From: an uncultured delta proteobacterium
GTDB taxonomy: Bacteria; Desulfobacterota; Binatia; UBA9968
Length of the DNA stretch: 64,000 nucleotides
Direction: 5' to 3'
Assembly: GCA_963840855.1 (NCBI GenBank)
Contig: CAWJBB010000030.1
Span: forward strand, 64,001 to 128,000
Shown here: positions 36,313 through 47,210 of the stretch, piece by piece
How the letters are laid out: every line of letters starts with the position of its first letter
Numbering within the stretch: position 1 is the first letter of the stretch
The notes under the pieces: generated by a model
What the model saw: the letters and a program-made list of their open reading frames with translations, nothing else
Database searches by the model: none
Told to the model about the DNA's origin: nothing
Made by a program: the position numbers and the translations under genes

Positions 36313-37734
36313 TTATTTTCGTCTCGCCCTCAGTGATTTCAGTTCTTCTCTGATCAATTGGCCCCGAGGCGAATTGGCGCCAACGATTTTCGCGGCTTTT
36401 TCAAAGGCCGCAAACGCCCTTTCATCTTCGTCCTGTAATAATAACGACCGGCCGAGATAGTAATAAGCATCGCCGAGCCGGTCGAGCTTTCCGTAGACGA
36501 CCCCCAAGTGGTACGGCGGCTTGTCCCAAAGGGGTGAAAGGTTGTGAGCGTTTTGATACGCGCCCGCCGCGCTGCGAAAGTCATTTCGTTTCTCATGGAG
36601 CTCGCCGAGATAGAGGTAGGTTAATGGCTCTTTGGGTTGGAGTTCTAAGGAGCGGAGCAATGTTGCCTCGGCTCCATCGGTGTTGCCCAGTTGCGTATAT
36701 AACCTTCCCAAATCGCGAAGCAGCGCCGGGTTATCGGGGCTGAGTTTTCGTGCCTGCTCGTAGCTCTGCTGGGCCTGGGTCAATTGCCCCCTAAGGTGTC
36801 TGGCAAAACCAAGCAGATACAAAACCTCGGCGCTGTTCGGCTTTTCGGCGGCAAGCTTTTCATATGCCGCAAGCGCGGCGGCGCCATCACTACGATCCAT
36901 CTTAAGGATAATCTGGATTTTCTTGAGCGGGTCAGGCTCTTCGACACTGCCGACCGGATTCCCGAGCGAACGGATCACTTGCTGCATGTTGGCGACCCGT
37001 TCGCTGGTTACGGGATGGGTCATCAAATAGGCGGGTACGTCAATAGGGTTTAGTGCGCGCTCCTCGTCCAATGTTTTTAGGAACCCGAGGGCGCCATTGG
37101 GATCAAAACCCGCTGACGCCATGTATCTGGCTCCCAGGGTATCCGCTTCCAGTTCAAGCTGGCGGCTGTAGGCGATCTGTCTTGTGGCTGATATGGCCTG
37201 GCCTACGGCTCCCGCGGCTTGAGCGCCCGAGCCACTGCGCGCAAGCAAGATCATGCCAATCAGGCTCAGTACGGAGATCGCATCGGGACCCGATGAGCGG
37301 GCCATATGGCGGCCCTTGATGTGGATTATTTCGTGGCCCAGCACACCGGCGATTTCGGAAGTCGTTTTCGCTCTCTCGATGAGGCCCGAATAGAAATAGA
37401 TAGATCCGCCGGGCACCGCAAAGGCGTTGAGTTGGCTATCCTCAACGACGAAAAACCGATAGTCGTACGGCAGCGGACCGCTTACTGACAGGATGCGCTG
37501 TCCGAGCCGGTCGATGTAGCGCTCAACTTCCGGGTGGGTTACGAACTTGAAATGTTTTTTCGCTTCACGGCGAAATTCTCTGCTGATTCTTACCTCCTCG
37601 TCTTCGGTGGGCGGACTCACCGAGGGGAGCATGGAGGATAGCCGCGAAGCGCAACTGGCCGAAAAAAAACTGGCAAGCACGAACCAGGCGCAAACAACCC
37701 GCCAGGCGAGTTTTCCTGCGCTCCGCGTAATCAT
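36313..37734 (-). CDS. M48 metalloprotease with TPR repeats (BepA/YfgC-like)
   Basis: NAFAVPGG, GVLGHEIIH, YSRQLELEAD, YLMTHP, followed by TPRs; start ATG 37734. Confidence 0.9.
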   Translation of the reverse strand: MITRSAGKLAWRVVCAWFVLASFFSASCASRLSSMLPSVSPPTEDEEVRISREFRREAKKHFKFVTHPEVERYIDRLGQRILSVSGPLPYDYRFFVVEDSQLNAFAVPGGSIYFYSGLIERAKTTSEIAGVLGHEIIHIKGRHMARSSGPDAISVLSLIGMILLARSGSGAQAAGAVGQAISATRQIAYSRQLELEADTLGARYMASAGFDPNGALGFLKTLDEERALNPIDVPAYLMTHPVTSERVANMQQVIRSLGNPVGSVEEPDPLKKIQIILKMDRSDGAAALAAYEKLAAEKPNSAEVLYLLGFARHLRGQLTQAQQSYEQARKLSPDNPALLRDLGRLYTQLGNTDGAEATLLRSLELQPKEPLTYLYLGELHEKRNDFRSAAGAYQNAHNLSPLWDKPPYHLGVVYGKLDRLGDAYYYLGRSLLLQDEDERAFAAFEKAAKIVGANSPRGQLIREELKSLRARRK

Positions 37735-37833
37735 TGTTGGAGTATATGGAGCTGATGATGCGCATTCAATACCGATTTTCCCCCATTGCTTGAACCTGAG
37801 GGACAGCCTGAAGCAAGGCTTGGAGTGGGGAAA

Positions 37834-37925
37834 GTTCGGTTCAACGTTCAAAGTTAGGGACATCAGTCTAGCCGTTCAATAGAAGCCTCAGCTTACGATG
37901 AACATTGAACCTTGAAATTTGAACT
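37834..37925. repeat. 7-nt-period inverted GTTCAA/TTGAAC repeats
   Basis: gttcaac gttcaaa ... atgaaca ttgaacc ttgaaat ttgaact. Confidence 0.6.
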
Positions 37926-38000
37926 GCCGACAGGCAGCGGTTGACGGCGGCGCGGCCAGCTCCTATTCTCGCGATTGATTATCAGCATGAGGTGCCAACG

Positions 38001-39971
38001 ATGGCGGAAAAATACCAAGTTCCCGTAGAACATCTTTACTGGCGCTGCGACTTATCCTTCCTGCCCTTCAGCTGCACGGCGGATATGACGCCGCTCGAGG
38101 ATTTCATCGGCCAGGAACGAGCGATGCGCGCCATCGAGTTCGGCCTCGGTGTCGACAAGCCCGGGTTCAATATTTTTGTCACCGGCCTGACCGGCACGGG
38201 AAAAACCAGCATCATCAAAGCGTTTCTCAAAAGGATAACGAGCGAACGCGGCGTGCCGGCCGACGACGCCGCGCTGCCGGAAGATTGGTGTTACGTCTAC
38301 AATTTCACCGATCCGGACCGGCCTCGGGCGTTAAGGACCCGCCGCGGCTGGGGCAAGATGCTCAAAGCGGACATGGAGCAACTGGTTCAATACCTGCAGC
38401 GCGAAGCCAAGAAAATGTTCGAGAGCGACGAATTCGCGAGCCACCGCCAGGCAATGATCGAGGAGCTGCAAAAAAAACAGCAGGAGATGATGGAAACTTT
38501 GATGGCGGAGGCGAACCGCGGCGGTTTTTTCTTGAGGATGACGCCCTCGGGCGTCGTCCTGTTGCCGACCAAGGACGGCAAGCCGATGCAGGAAGGCGAG
38601 TATCTCGCCTTGTCGGCCCAAGAAAAAAAGCAATTGGAAGAAAAGCGTGGCGAGATCGAAAAGCGGGTGGAGGAAGCCTTGCGCGAAGGCAAAAAGCTAG
38701 AGCGGGAAATTTCCGAGCGTCTGGATGAGCTTGAAAAACAGGCGGGCGAATATCTCGCGCGCATCCCTTTCTCGGAGCTAAAAGAAAAGTACGCGGATTA
38801 CGGCGGAGTGCTGAAGCATCTCGACGATGTGCGCGCTCATGTCCTAAAGAATTTGCAGAAGTTCAAAGGCGGCGAAGTGGCGGCGACGCCAATGCTGGTG
38901 CCCATGCCAATGGCTGCCGAGCCGGCGACTGATCCCTTTTTGCCGTACCGCGTGAATGTCTTCGTCGATAACAGCGGCACGCAAGGGCCGCCCATCGTCG
39001 TCGAGACCAACCCGAATTATCACAACCTTTTCGGCGTAGTGGAAAAAAAGCCCATCGTCGGCGGTTACATCACCGACTTCACGCTGATCAAAGCCGGCTC
39101 CATCAGCCGGGCCAACGGCGGTTACCTGGTGCTCTATGACCGCGATGTGCTCGCCAACACAGGGGTGTGGGAAGCGCTGCAGCGGGTGATTAAGAACCGC
39201 GAACTGCGCATCGAAGAACCGGCGGCGTTTTTCGGCTGGGCGCCGCCCCAGGGACTGCGCCCCGAGCCGATCCCAACCGACAGCAAGATTATCATGATCG
39301 GCGACCCAAACCTCTACCGCACGCTGGCCACGGCGGACCCTGATTTTCGCGAGACTTTCAAAGTCAAAGCGGATTTCAATTTTGAGGCCGACCGGTCGCA
39401 GGAAAACATCACTGCCTTCGCTTGTTTCATCGGCGATTATTGCAATCGGGAAAAGCTCCGCCATTTCGATGGAAGCGGCGTTGCCCGGGTCATCGAGGAC
39501 TGCGCGCGGCGCGTCGATGACCAACACAAACTCTCCACTCGCTTTAGCGATATGGCCGATCTGCTCATCGAATGCGATTATTGGGCGGGCCGGGAGAACG
39601 CCGAACTCGTCACGGCAAAACATGTCGAACGAGCCATTGAGGAAAAGATTTTCCGGCTGAATTTGATTGAAAAACGTTTGCAAGAAATGATCGTTGAGGG
39701 GACGTTGCTGGTGGATGTCGACGGCGCGGTAGTCGGACAGGTCAACGGTTTGGCGGTCTACCAGCTGGGCGATTTCAGTTTCGGTAAACCGTCACGCATC
39801 ACGGCTAGGACTTTCATGGGACGTGGTGGCATCGTCAACATCGAGCGGGAGTCTAAACTCAGCGGCAAATCGCACGATAAAGGCGTATTAATTTTATCCG
39901 GTTATCTGGGCGGCAAATTCGCCCAACAACACCCACTGTCGCGACGAGGGCGATGTATAGTTCAACGTTGA
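38001..39971 (+). pseudogene. LonC/YcbZ-like ATP-dependent protease, C-terminally truncated
   Basis: IGQERA, GLTGTGKT, YVYNF, ETNPNY.NLFG, AGSISRANGGYL, GQVNGLAV, FGKPSRITA, HDKGVLIL; stops at HPLS before the FEQSY..DGDSAS catalytic Ser motif. Confidence 0.8.
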
Positions 39972-40012
39972 AGTAATTAAGGGGACTGTCCCCCTTCCGT
40001 GAACATTGAACC
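39961..40012. repeat. Short palindromes between convergent genes
   Basis: TTCAACGTTGAA, imperfect AAGGGGACTGTCCCCCTT, then gtgaacattgaacc. Confidence 0.45.
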
Positions 40013-40020
40013 AGAAAGCG

Positions 40021-41103
40021 CTAACTTTCTCTCGCCTTGGTGGACTCCGGTTTGCTCCCCAGGGGTACGGATAGTTGCAGGGTCTTGCCGTCACGCAGAA
40101 TCGTCAGTTTGACGATGCGTCCCGCTTCCAATCCGCTGATCATACGGCTCACGTCACGCGGGCTATCGACTTGGGCATCGTTGACGGTCAAGATGATATC
40201 TTTTTTCAGCAGGCCTCCTCGTTCCGCCGGTTGACCGCGCAGCACTGAATGTACCAAAACACCTTTCACCGGTGACAGACCCAAAGTTTTGGCATCCTCT
40301 ACGGATACCTCGGTGGTCTGCACGCCCAGCCAGCCCCAGGTCAATTTATCGCCGCTCAGCAGCCGCGGGATGAGTCGTTTGATCACGTTGATCGGCGTGG
40401 CGAATCCCAAGTTGCCACGTTCCGAAGCCATGGTGATCATGCCGATAACATGCCCCTTGCTGTTCAACAACGGGCCGCCGCTACCGCCAGCGTAGGCACC
40501 CGCATCGGTTTGGATGAATTCATAGCTCGCGGAATCGGGAAAGCTCCGGCCTGGGCGGCCGATCACCCCCAGATTCATTGAGCTTTCACGCCCAAAGGGA
40601 TAACCGAAAACGATCGCTAGATTGCCAACGCGGTTGCTGTTCGAGTCGCCTAGAAATACGACCGGCAGCGGGCGACCCGCCGAGATCTTCAGTATCGCCA
40701 AATCGGCATGGGCGTTCGTCGCGATGACGCGCGCGGGGAGACGTTCGCCGTCCGCGAGCCGAAGTTCGACCTCTAGGGCTTTGTCGATCACATGCTGGGC
40801 CGTAAGAACATATCCTTCCGGGTCGATTATGAAACCAGACCCACGACTTTGCGTCCTGGCCCCATCGGCGGGCGCCTTGTCGTTTTCAAACCTGGTGACG
40901 CGAATCTGAACGATGGCCGGACGCACGCCGTTGGCGAGTTGAGTAAAGGCGCGACTTAAGCGGTCAAGCTCGCTATCGGTCTCGGTGGCCGGCGCGTCGC
41001 GCCAGATCGTCCCGGGAGCTTTACTTAGGAGATCGTTGGATTGTGCCGGCGCTCCCAACATTAGGAAACCCAGCAGCGACAGGATTGTCATCGTCTTAAA
41101 CAT
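40021..41103 (-). CDS. HtrA-like trypsin protease with a single PDZ domain
   Basis: GSGFII, TAQHV, ADLA, IQTDAGAYAGGSGGPL, GWLGV, PAERGGL. Confidence 0.88.
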   Translation of the reverse strand: MFKTMTILSLLGFLMLGAPAQSNDLLSKAPGTIWRDAPATETDSELDRLSRAFTQLANGVRPAIVQIRVTRFENDKAPADGARTQSRGSGFIIDPEGYVLTAQHVIDKALEVELRLADGERLPARVIATNAHADLAILKISAGRPLPVVFLGDSNSNRVGNLAIVFGYPFGRESSMNLGVIGRPGRSFPDSASYEFIQTDAGAYAGGSGGPLLNSKGHVIGMITMASERGNLGFATPINVIKRLIPRLLSGDKLTWGWLGVQTTEVSVEDAKTLGLSPVKGVLVHSVLRGQPAERGGLLKKDIILTVNDAQVDSPRDVSRMISGLEAGRIVKLTILRDGKTLQLSVPLGSKPESTKARES

Positions 41104-41210
41104 CGGTGTTGCCCTCCCCGACGATTTGCTGCACACCCCTTTATCCGAAACTCGGGTCGCGAACAAGATAGGCGCAAACGAAAAGCTAAACGGACGACGA
41201 TTTTGCGGGA

Positions 41211-42011
41211 GTGATATGTTATGGTGCGGAGGTGGCCGAGGGCGGGAAACGCTTAGTTCTCGTGACCGGTGGCAGCGGCGGCCTGGGCCGTGCTATGGCC
41301 TGGGCCTTCGCGCGCGCGGGATACGGCGTTGTCATCTGTGGACGAAACCAGAAAACACTGCAAACTACCGCCGAAGAGATCAGCCGGCTCGGAGGCAAAA
41401 TTCGTTATTTCCTCTGCGACGTTACGAGTAAAAATGAGGTGGAAGGCCTTGCCCGCGAGATTGGCCGGGAGTTGGGCACAGTGCAGGTACTGATCAACAA
41501 TGCCGGCATTGCGCGTGCCGCCAGCTTCTTGGAAATGCCCGACAGTTTGTGGGAGGAAATCCTTAAAACTAATCTCACCGGCGCTTATAATTGTAGCAAG
41601 GTATTTCTCGCCGGCATGATGCAATCGGGCTGGGGCCGCATCACTAATATCGCATCGACCACAGCCAAGGTCGGATACCCCTTTGTGACCGCCTACACCG
41701 CCTCGAAGCATGGCGTGTTGGGACTGACGCGGTCCTTGGCGCTGGAAACGGCGCGACGCGGCGTCACCGTGAACGCCATCTGTCCAGGCTACCTGAACGA
41801 CGAGCGGACTCGAGATAACGCCCGGCGCATGGCCGAACGAACTGGCAAAAAGGTCGAAGATATTCTTGCGCTCTTCGCCGCCAGCGCGCCACAAAACCGC
41901 TTGATCGAGCCTGAAGAAGTGGCCTCGTTGGCCTTGCTCCTGGCCGGTGAAAAAAGCGCCGGTATCACCGGACAAGGGATCAACATCGATGGTGGCGCGG
42001 TCATGGCTTGA
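41211..42011 (+). CDS. SDR oxidoreductase (3-hydroxyacyl-CoA dehydrogenase-like); start uncertain
   Basis: TGGSGGLG, NNAG, YTASK, VNAICPG, PEEVA, ITGQ..IDGG. Confidence 0.9.
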   Translation: MICYGAEVAEGGKRLVLVTGGSGGLGRAMAWAFARAGYGVVICGRNQKTLQTTAEEISRLGGKIRYFLCDVTSKNEVEGLAREIGRELGTVQVLINNAGIARAASFLEMPDSLWEEILKTNLTGAYNCSKVFLAGMMQSGWGRITNIASTTAKVGYPFVTAYTASKHGVLGLTRSLALETARRGVTVNAICPGYLNDERTRDNARRMAERTGKKVEDILALFAASAPQNRLIEPEEVASLALLLAGEKSAGITGQGINIDGGAVMA

Positions 42012-42073
42012 TTCTCTGGCGTGACATCGCCGATCTCCAGGAAACGCCGGTCTGAATCGCATAATTTACAGTA

Positions 42074-43228
42074 ATGGTGCGTGCCATGCTGCCCTTTTTC
42101 GACAAAGATCATTCCTCCCTGCGTTCCCGGGCGCGCGCCTGGGTGGATGCACATCTATTGACAGCCGGAGTATCGGGCGACGTTGAAGAAATAGCTCGTC
42201 AGTTGGTGCAACAACTCGGCAAAGAAGAGTTCCTACGGTTTACGGTTCCCGGCGAGTTTGGCGGCAAGCATGCGCGTGTCGAGGCGCGCAATCTTTGCAT
42301 TCTGCGGGAAGAATTGGCGCGGGGTTCGGCATTGGCCGACACCATGTTCGCCTTGCAAGCGCTCGGCAGTTATCCCGTCACGTTGGCGGGCAGCGACGAA
42401 CAAAAGCGCCGCTATCTGCCGAGAATAACGACCGGCGAAACCATTGCGGCGTTTGCATTGACCGAACCGGAAGCAGGATCGGACGTAGCCTCGTTACAGA
42501 CCCGAGCCATCAAGCGAGATGGCAACTATTCGCTGAGTGGAACCAAGCGCTTTATCTCCAATGCGGGCATCGCCGATTACTATATCGTGTTCGCGACCAC
42601 CGACCCTGAGAAGAAGGCCAAGGGGATCAGCGCGTTTATCGTCGATGCCGACGTCCAGGGTTTGATCGTGAAAGAAAAAACCGCGGTGATGTCACCTCAT
42701 CCCATTGGCGTGATTGCCTTCGAGAACTGCGTAGTCGCCGCCGATTCGTTGTTGGGCGGGGAGGACGAAGGGCTTAGCATCGCCTATGGCACATTGGATG
42801 TCTTGCGCTGCACGGTGGGGGCAGCGGCGGTGGGAATGGCGCAGCGGGCGCTGGAGGAAGCGGTTCGTTATAGCCGGGAGCGGCGGCAGTTCGGTCGAGC
42901 CATCGGTGAATTTCAGGGCATCCAGTTCAAACTCGCAGACATGGCAACTGAATTAGAAGCCGCGCGGCTGTTGGTGTATCAGGCGGCCTGGTCGCACGAT
43001 TGCGCCAGTCCGGATGCGAAACGTCAGTCATCGATGGCGAAACTCTATGCCACCGAAGCCGCCCAGAGGATCATCGACCAGGCCCTGCAAATTCACGGCG
43101 GCGCGGGAGTAGTGGCCGGCAACATTATGGAACGGCTCTACCGCGATATCCGCGCGCTGCGAATTTACGAAGGCACGTCGGAGATTCAGAAACTGGTGAT
43201 TGCCCGCGAACTACTTAAGAAGGAGTGA
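42074..43228 (+). CDS. Acyl-CoA dehydrogenase
   Basis: FALTEPEAGSD, GTKRFISNA, RRQFG, QIHGG.G, ERLYRDIRALRIYEGTSEIQ. Confidence 0.93.
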   Translation: MVRAMLPFFDKDHSSLRSRARAWVDAHLLTAGVSGDVEEIARQLVQQLGKEEFLRFTVPGEFGGKHARVEARNLCILREELARGSALADTMFALQALGSYPVTLAGSDEQKRRYLPRITTGETIAAFALTEPEAGSDVASLQTRAIKRDGNYSLSGTKRFISNAGIADYYIVFATTDPEKKAKGISAFIVDADVQGLIVKEKTAVMSPHPIGVIAFENCVVAADSLLGGEDEGLSIAYGTLDVLRCTVGAAAVGMAQRALEEAVRYSRERRQFGRAIGEFQGIQFKLADMATELEAARLLVYQAAWSHDCASPDAKRQSSMAKLYATEAAQRIIDQALQIHGGAGVVAGNIMERLYRDIRALRIYEGTSEIQKLVIARELLKKE

Positions 43229-43279
43229 GGCGGAAGGCGTGAGTCAGAAATCTTTCTCGCGCCTCATGCCTCTAGCCTC
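43226..43279. repeat. 7-nt-period inverted repeat hairpin (GAGGCG/CGCCTC type)
   Basis: tgaggcg gaaggcg tgag ... cgcctca tgcctct agcctc. Confidence 0.55.
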
Positions 43280-43293
43280 CTGATGGAGGAAGG

Positions 43294-44446
43294 ATGGATT
43301 TTGGATTATCAGAAGAGTTAGTTGCGGTGCGCGACTTGGCGCGGGACTTTGCCGAAAAAGAGATCGCGCCGACCGCGGCCAAGGACGACAAGGAAAAAAA
43401 CTTTCGCGGCGACCTCGTCAAAGAGATGGGCCAGTTGGGTTTCTACGGCACTATGATTCCGGAAACTTATGGCGGCAATGATCTCGGGTTTCTCGCCATG
43501 GTGCTGATTACCGAAGAAATTGCCCGGGCGCACAGCGCCATGCGCGTGGCGATCAATATGCAGATCGGTCCCGCGATTACTCTCCTTCAATTCGGCACAG
43601 AGGAACAGAAGAAGAAGTTCATTCCAGGGCTGGTGTCGGGCGACACCATCGGGTGCTTCGCGATCACCGAACCCGATGCCGGGTCGGATGTCGCGGCGCT
43701 GCGCACAACCGCGACGAAAGACGGCGACGACTATTTGCTTAACGGTAGCAAGACTCTGGATCTCCAACGGGCCGGTGACGACCGGCGGACTGGTCTATGC
43801 GTATACAGACCGGTCCCAGAAACATCGCGGTATGTCGGCATTTTACGCCGAGTTGAAGCAACCGGGATTGAGCCGCAAGACTCTGGAAACCATGGGCGCC
43901 CGCTGCTCGCCGATCGGCGAATTGACCTTCGAGAACTTTCGCATCCCCGCGGCGAACCGGCTCGGCAACGAGGGCGACGGTTTTAAAATCTGTATGTGGC
44001 AACTCAATCAAACGCGGCTCAACTGCGCTGCTGGCGCTCTCGGCGTGGCCCGAGCCGCCAAAGAAGCGGCGGTAAGCTATTGCAATCAGCGGGTGCAATT
44101 CGGCCAGAAGATCGGCGAGTTTCAGATGAACCAGGATCTGATCGCGCAGATGATCGCCCACGAAGAAGCGGCGCGGCTGCTGGTTTACCGGGCCGCGTGG
44201 CTAGCGGATCAGAAGAAGCCAAACAATTTGGAGACGTCTATCGGTAAATACAGCGCGGCGGAAGCCGCCAACTTCGCCGCGGACGCCGCGATGAAAATCC
44301 TCGGCGCTTACGGTTATTCCACCGAGTTTCCGGTGGAGCGCTACTACCGCGACGCCAAGTCGTACCAGATCGTCGAAGGCTCGACGAACGTGCAAAAGAT
44401 GATCATCGCCCAGGACGCGCTGGGGTATCGGAAGGCGAATCGTTAG
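43294..44446 (+). CDS. Glutaryl-CoA dehydrogenase, non-decarboxylating type; +1 frameshift near 43755
   Basis: ITEEIAR..SAMRVAINM, ITEPDAGSDV, NGSKT/WISN, YAYTD, FQMNQDLIAQM, MKILGAYGYSTEFPV, VEGS, LGYRKANR closely follow the Desulfococcus multivorans enzyme (recalled from memory). Confidence 0.8.
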
Positions 44447-44494
44447 TTCATTCTGTGTAAACCCCGCCCGCGAAGTGGATTCGTCTATCTAGCT

Positions 44495-45278
44495 TTACCA
44501 AGACGGGCTAATGAATACTTGCGGTTTTTCGCCGGAAGGGTCTAGTTCAACTCGAACCCGGATGTCGTAAACTTCCTCGATTGTTTTCTCGGTCAGGACT
44601 TCGCGGGGCGATCCGTCGCGATAGATTTTTCCGTCCCGAAGCATCGCCAGCCGAGGAAAAAAGAGCGCCGCAAGATTGACGTCATGCAGCGCGGCGACGA
44701 TGGTCAGGCCGCGCTCGCGGTTGAGCCGCCGCAGAAGCTCAAAGACCTGGACCTGATGTTTGAGGTCGAGAAAGGCCGACGGCTCGTCCAGCAAAAGAAT
44801 TTCCGGTTCCTGCGCCAGGGCGCGGGCGATCATCACGCGTTGTTTCTCTCCGCCGCTCAACTCATGGAGATAGCGGTGCGAGAGCGATAGGGAATCGGTC
44901 AACTCCATGCTCGCGCGGGCGACTTCGAGGTCTTTTTTCCCCTCGAGGGCGAAGGGACTATGATAGCTGGCTCTTCCCATCATGACGATTTCCGCTACGG
45001 TGTAATGGAAAACTGACGCGGCTTTCTTGCGGCACCACGGCAAAAAGCCTGCTCAGCTCCCGTCTGCCGTAGGTTTCAATGGGTCGACCGTTTAGTTTGA
45101 CTTCGCCTTGCCCGTTCAGGACCGCCGAGAGAATTCTGATGAGAGTCGTTTTCCCCGAGCCGTTGGGTCCGAGAATACCGACCATTTCGCCGCGTTCAAT
45201 GGAAAGCAGGACGCCGCGGAGCACCGCGCGGTCTTTGTATGCGAAGTACAGTTCGCAGGTCTCGATGGCTGGATTCAC
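44495..45278 (-). CDS. Cobalamin ABC transporter ATP-binding subunit (BtuD/FecE-like); frameshift near 45010
   Basis: GPNGSGKTT and VVPQE, then LSGGEKQRV, LLLDEP, LHDVNLA. Confidence 0.88.
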
Positions 45279-46312
45279 ATAGCCAACTTTCTCGTGCCCT
45301 CGCGGTAGAGAAGAAAGAGGAAAAAGGGGCCGCCAAAGAAAGCGGTGACGATACCCACGGGCAGCTCAGCGGGCGCCAGTAAGATGCGCGCAAGCGTGTC
45401 CGCCCAAGCCAAGAAAATCCCGCCGGCCAGAAAAGATGCCGGCAGCAAGAGCCGGTGATCGCTGCCGACGATGAGGCGCATCACATGCGGGACCATCAGC
45501 CCAACGAACCCGATCATGCCGCTCACTGAAACCATGGCGCCGATCATCAACGACGAAGCGATGAAAATCTGGCGCTGGAGCGCGCCGGTTTCGACGCCCA
45601 ATTGCATTGCCGCTTCCTCGCCCAAGGTGATCAAATTCAGTGAAAGACCCTTCGCCCACAGCCAGAGAAAGCCGAAAATGATGTAGGCCCAGATAAAAGC
45701 GACGGTGAGATAAGCGCGGGTCGAAAGGCTGCCCATGAGCCAGAAAAGCAGTCCCTGGGCCTGATAGAAATCTACGATAGAATTCAAAAACATGATCACG
45801 GCGGCGATGAATGAATTGAAAATGACGCCGGACAGCAGCAGGTGATAAGGGTGAAGGCGCCCGTGGAATAATGAGAAGCGGTAAACCAGCATCATGCTTA
45901 ATAGCGCACCGAGAAACGCTGCCAACGGCACCCAGGAGATTTCCCCGAGCAGTCCCCCTCCCATCGGCAGGAGCCAGTGGGGGAAAAAGACAAGCCCCAG
46001 GACTCCGCCCAAGGAGGCGCCTCCGGATACGCCAAGCATCTGCGGACAGGCAAGCGGGTTACCGAGTAAGGCCTGGAGCACAACGCCGCAGGCCGCCATG
46101 CCGCCGCCGATGGCGACTCCCAGTAGGACACGCGGCAGACGCGCGCGATAAAGAATTTCCGCGTCCGGATTCGCGGCAAAGATATTTTGCAAAGCCTGCG
46201 AGAAATCGAGACGCACCGGCCCGAGCAAAGCGCAACCGATGACGGAGATAACCAATAGCGCCAGCAGGATGCCGTTGACCCAAAGCATCTTACTACGGTC
46301 GAGAACTTTCAC
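45275..46312 (-). CDS. btuC: Cobalamin ABC transporter permease (BtuC/FecCD)
   Basis: RLPRVLL, NPLA.P..LGVSGGA, WLMGSL, LGEEAA.QLG, GMIGFVGLMVPH, ELPVG..TA..GGPFF; GTG start 46312. Confidence 0.88.
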   Translation of the reverse strand: MKVLDRSKMLWVNGILLALLVISVIGCALLGPVRLDFSQALQNIFAANPDAEILYRARLPRVLLGVAIGGGMAACGVVLQALLGNPLACPQMLGVSGGASLGGVLGLVFFPHWLLPMGGGLLGEISWVPLAAFLGALLSMMLVYRFSLFHGRLHPYHLLLSGVIFNSFIAAVIMFLNSIVDFYQAQGLLFWLMGSLSTRAYLTVAFIWAYIIFGFLWLWAKGLSLNLITLGEEAAMQLGVETGALQRQIFIASSLMIGAMVSVSGMIGFVGLMVPHVMRLIVGSDHRLLLPASFLAGGIFLAWADTLARILLAPAELPVGIVTAFFGGPFFLFLLYREGTRKLAM

Positions 46313-47210
46313 AGCCAATTCCTTCACTAGGTCCGCGTTTTGATTCCGCGAAGCACTCCGGATGAACGAGGCGGGCGATTTCTTCCAGCCCTTCGCCGAT
46401 GCGCGGCCCAGGGCGCAGGATTTTGTCTGACTGGTAGGCATAAACCCGCCGCTCCTTCACTGCGGGAATGGACGCGAGATCCGACCAGTTTTTGCCCGAT
46501 GGTCCGCGCTCCGATCCCATTCCGGCCTCGATGATGACCTGCGGTGCTTTGGCGACAACGTACTCATCAGGCAGATTGAGCCAGGGTTGAGCGGCGTTGC
46601 CGGCAATGTTTTTACCGCCGGCCAAAGTAATGAGCTCGTCGATAAAATTTTTTCCTCCGACTGCCACCAGGGGCCGAAGTCCTACCGCCAATAGAACGGA
46701 GCGGCGCGGCGCGGGCGCCACGCGTTTCTTTACTTCGTCGAATTGCAGGGTAATTTTGCGAACGAGTTTTTCCCCTGCTTGCGGACTTCCCAACAAACGG
46801 GCGATGCTCTTAATGGAATTCAAAATGTCGCTCACACTCGCGAGTGAAATCAAAGTCACTTTAAGACCGAGGCGTTCCATCTCTCTCGCCTTCACCGGGT
46901 CGGTGGCGCTGCTGACGCCGATCACGAAGTCCGGCTGTTTTGCGACGATCGCTTCAAGACTGGGACTCATAAAGCCGCCGATCTTGGGAACCTTCTGCGC
47001 TTCAGCAGGATAGTCGCAATAGGTCGTTACGCCGACCAGGCGATCGCCAAAGCCGAGCGCATATAGCGTTTCGGTCACACTGGGGGCCAGGGAAACGATT
47101 CTTGTAGGGCGAGGCGCGGCGGCTGGCTGGGCCAGTACGTCAAGCGCGCACGCAACGATCAGGCTCGCAACCGACAAACAAACCGTGATGATTCGCTGCG
47201 AAGGATTCAT
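46293..47210 (-). CDS. btuF: Cobalamin-binding periplasmic protein (BtuF-like)
   Basis: RIVSLAPSVTETLYALG, VGVTTYCDYP, IGG, PD.V, RPGPR; ATG 47210. Confidence 0.88.
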   Translation of the reverse strand: MNPSQRIITVCLSVASLIVACALDVLAQPAAAPRPTRIVSLAPSVTETLYALGFGDRLVGVTTYCDYPAEAQKVPKIGGFMSPSLEAIVAKQPDFVIGVSSATDPVKAREMERLGLKVTLISLASVSDILNSIKSIARLLGSPQAGEKLVRKITLQFDEVKKRVAPAPRRSVLLAVGLRPLVAVGGKNFIDELITLAGGKNIAGNAAQPWLNLPDEYVVAKAPQVIIEAGMGSERGPSGKNWSDLASIPAVKERRVYAYQSDKILRPGPRIGEGLEEIARLVHPECFAESKRGPSEGIGCESSRP

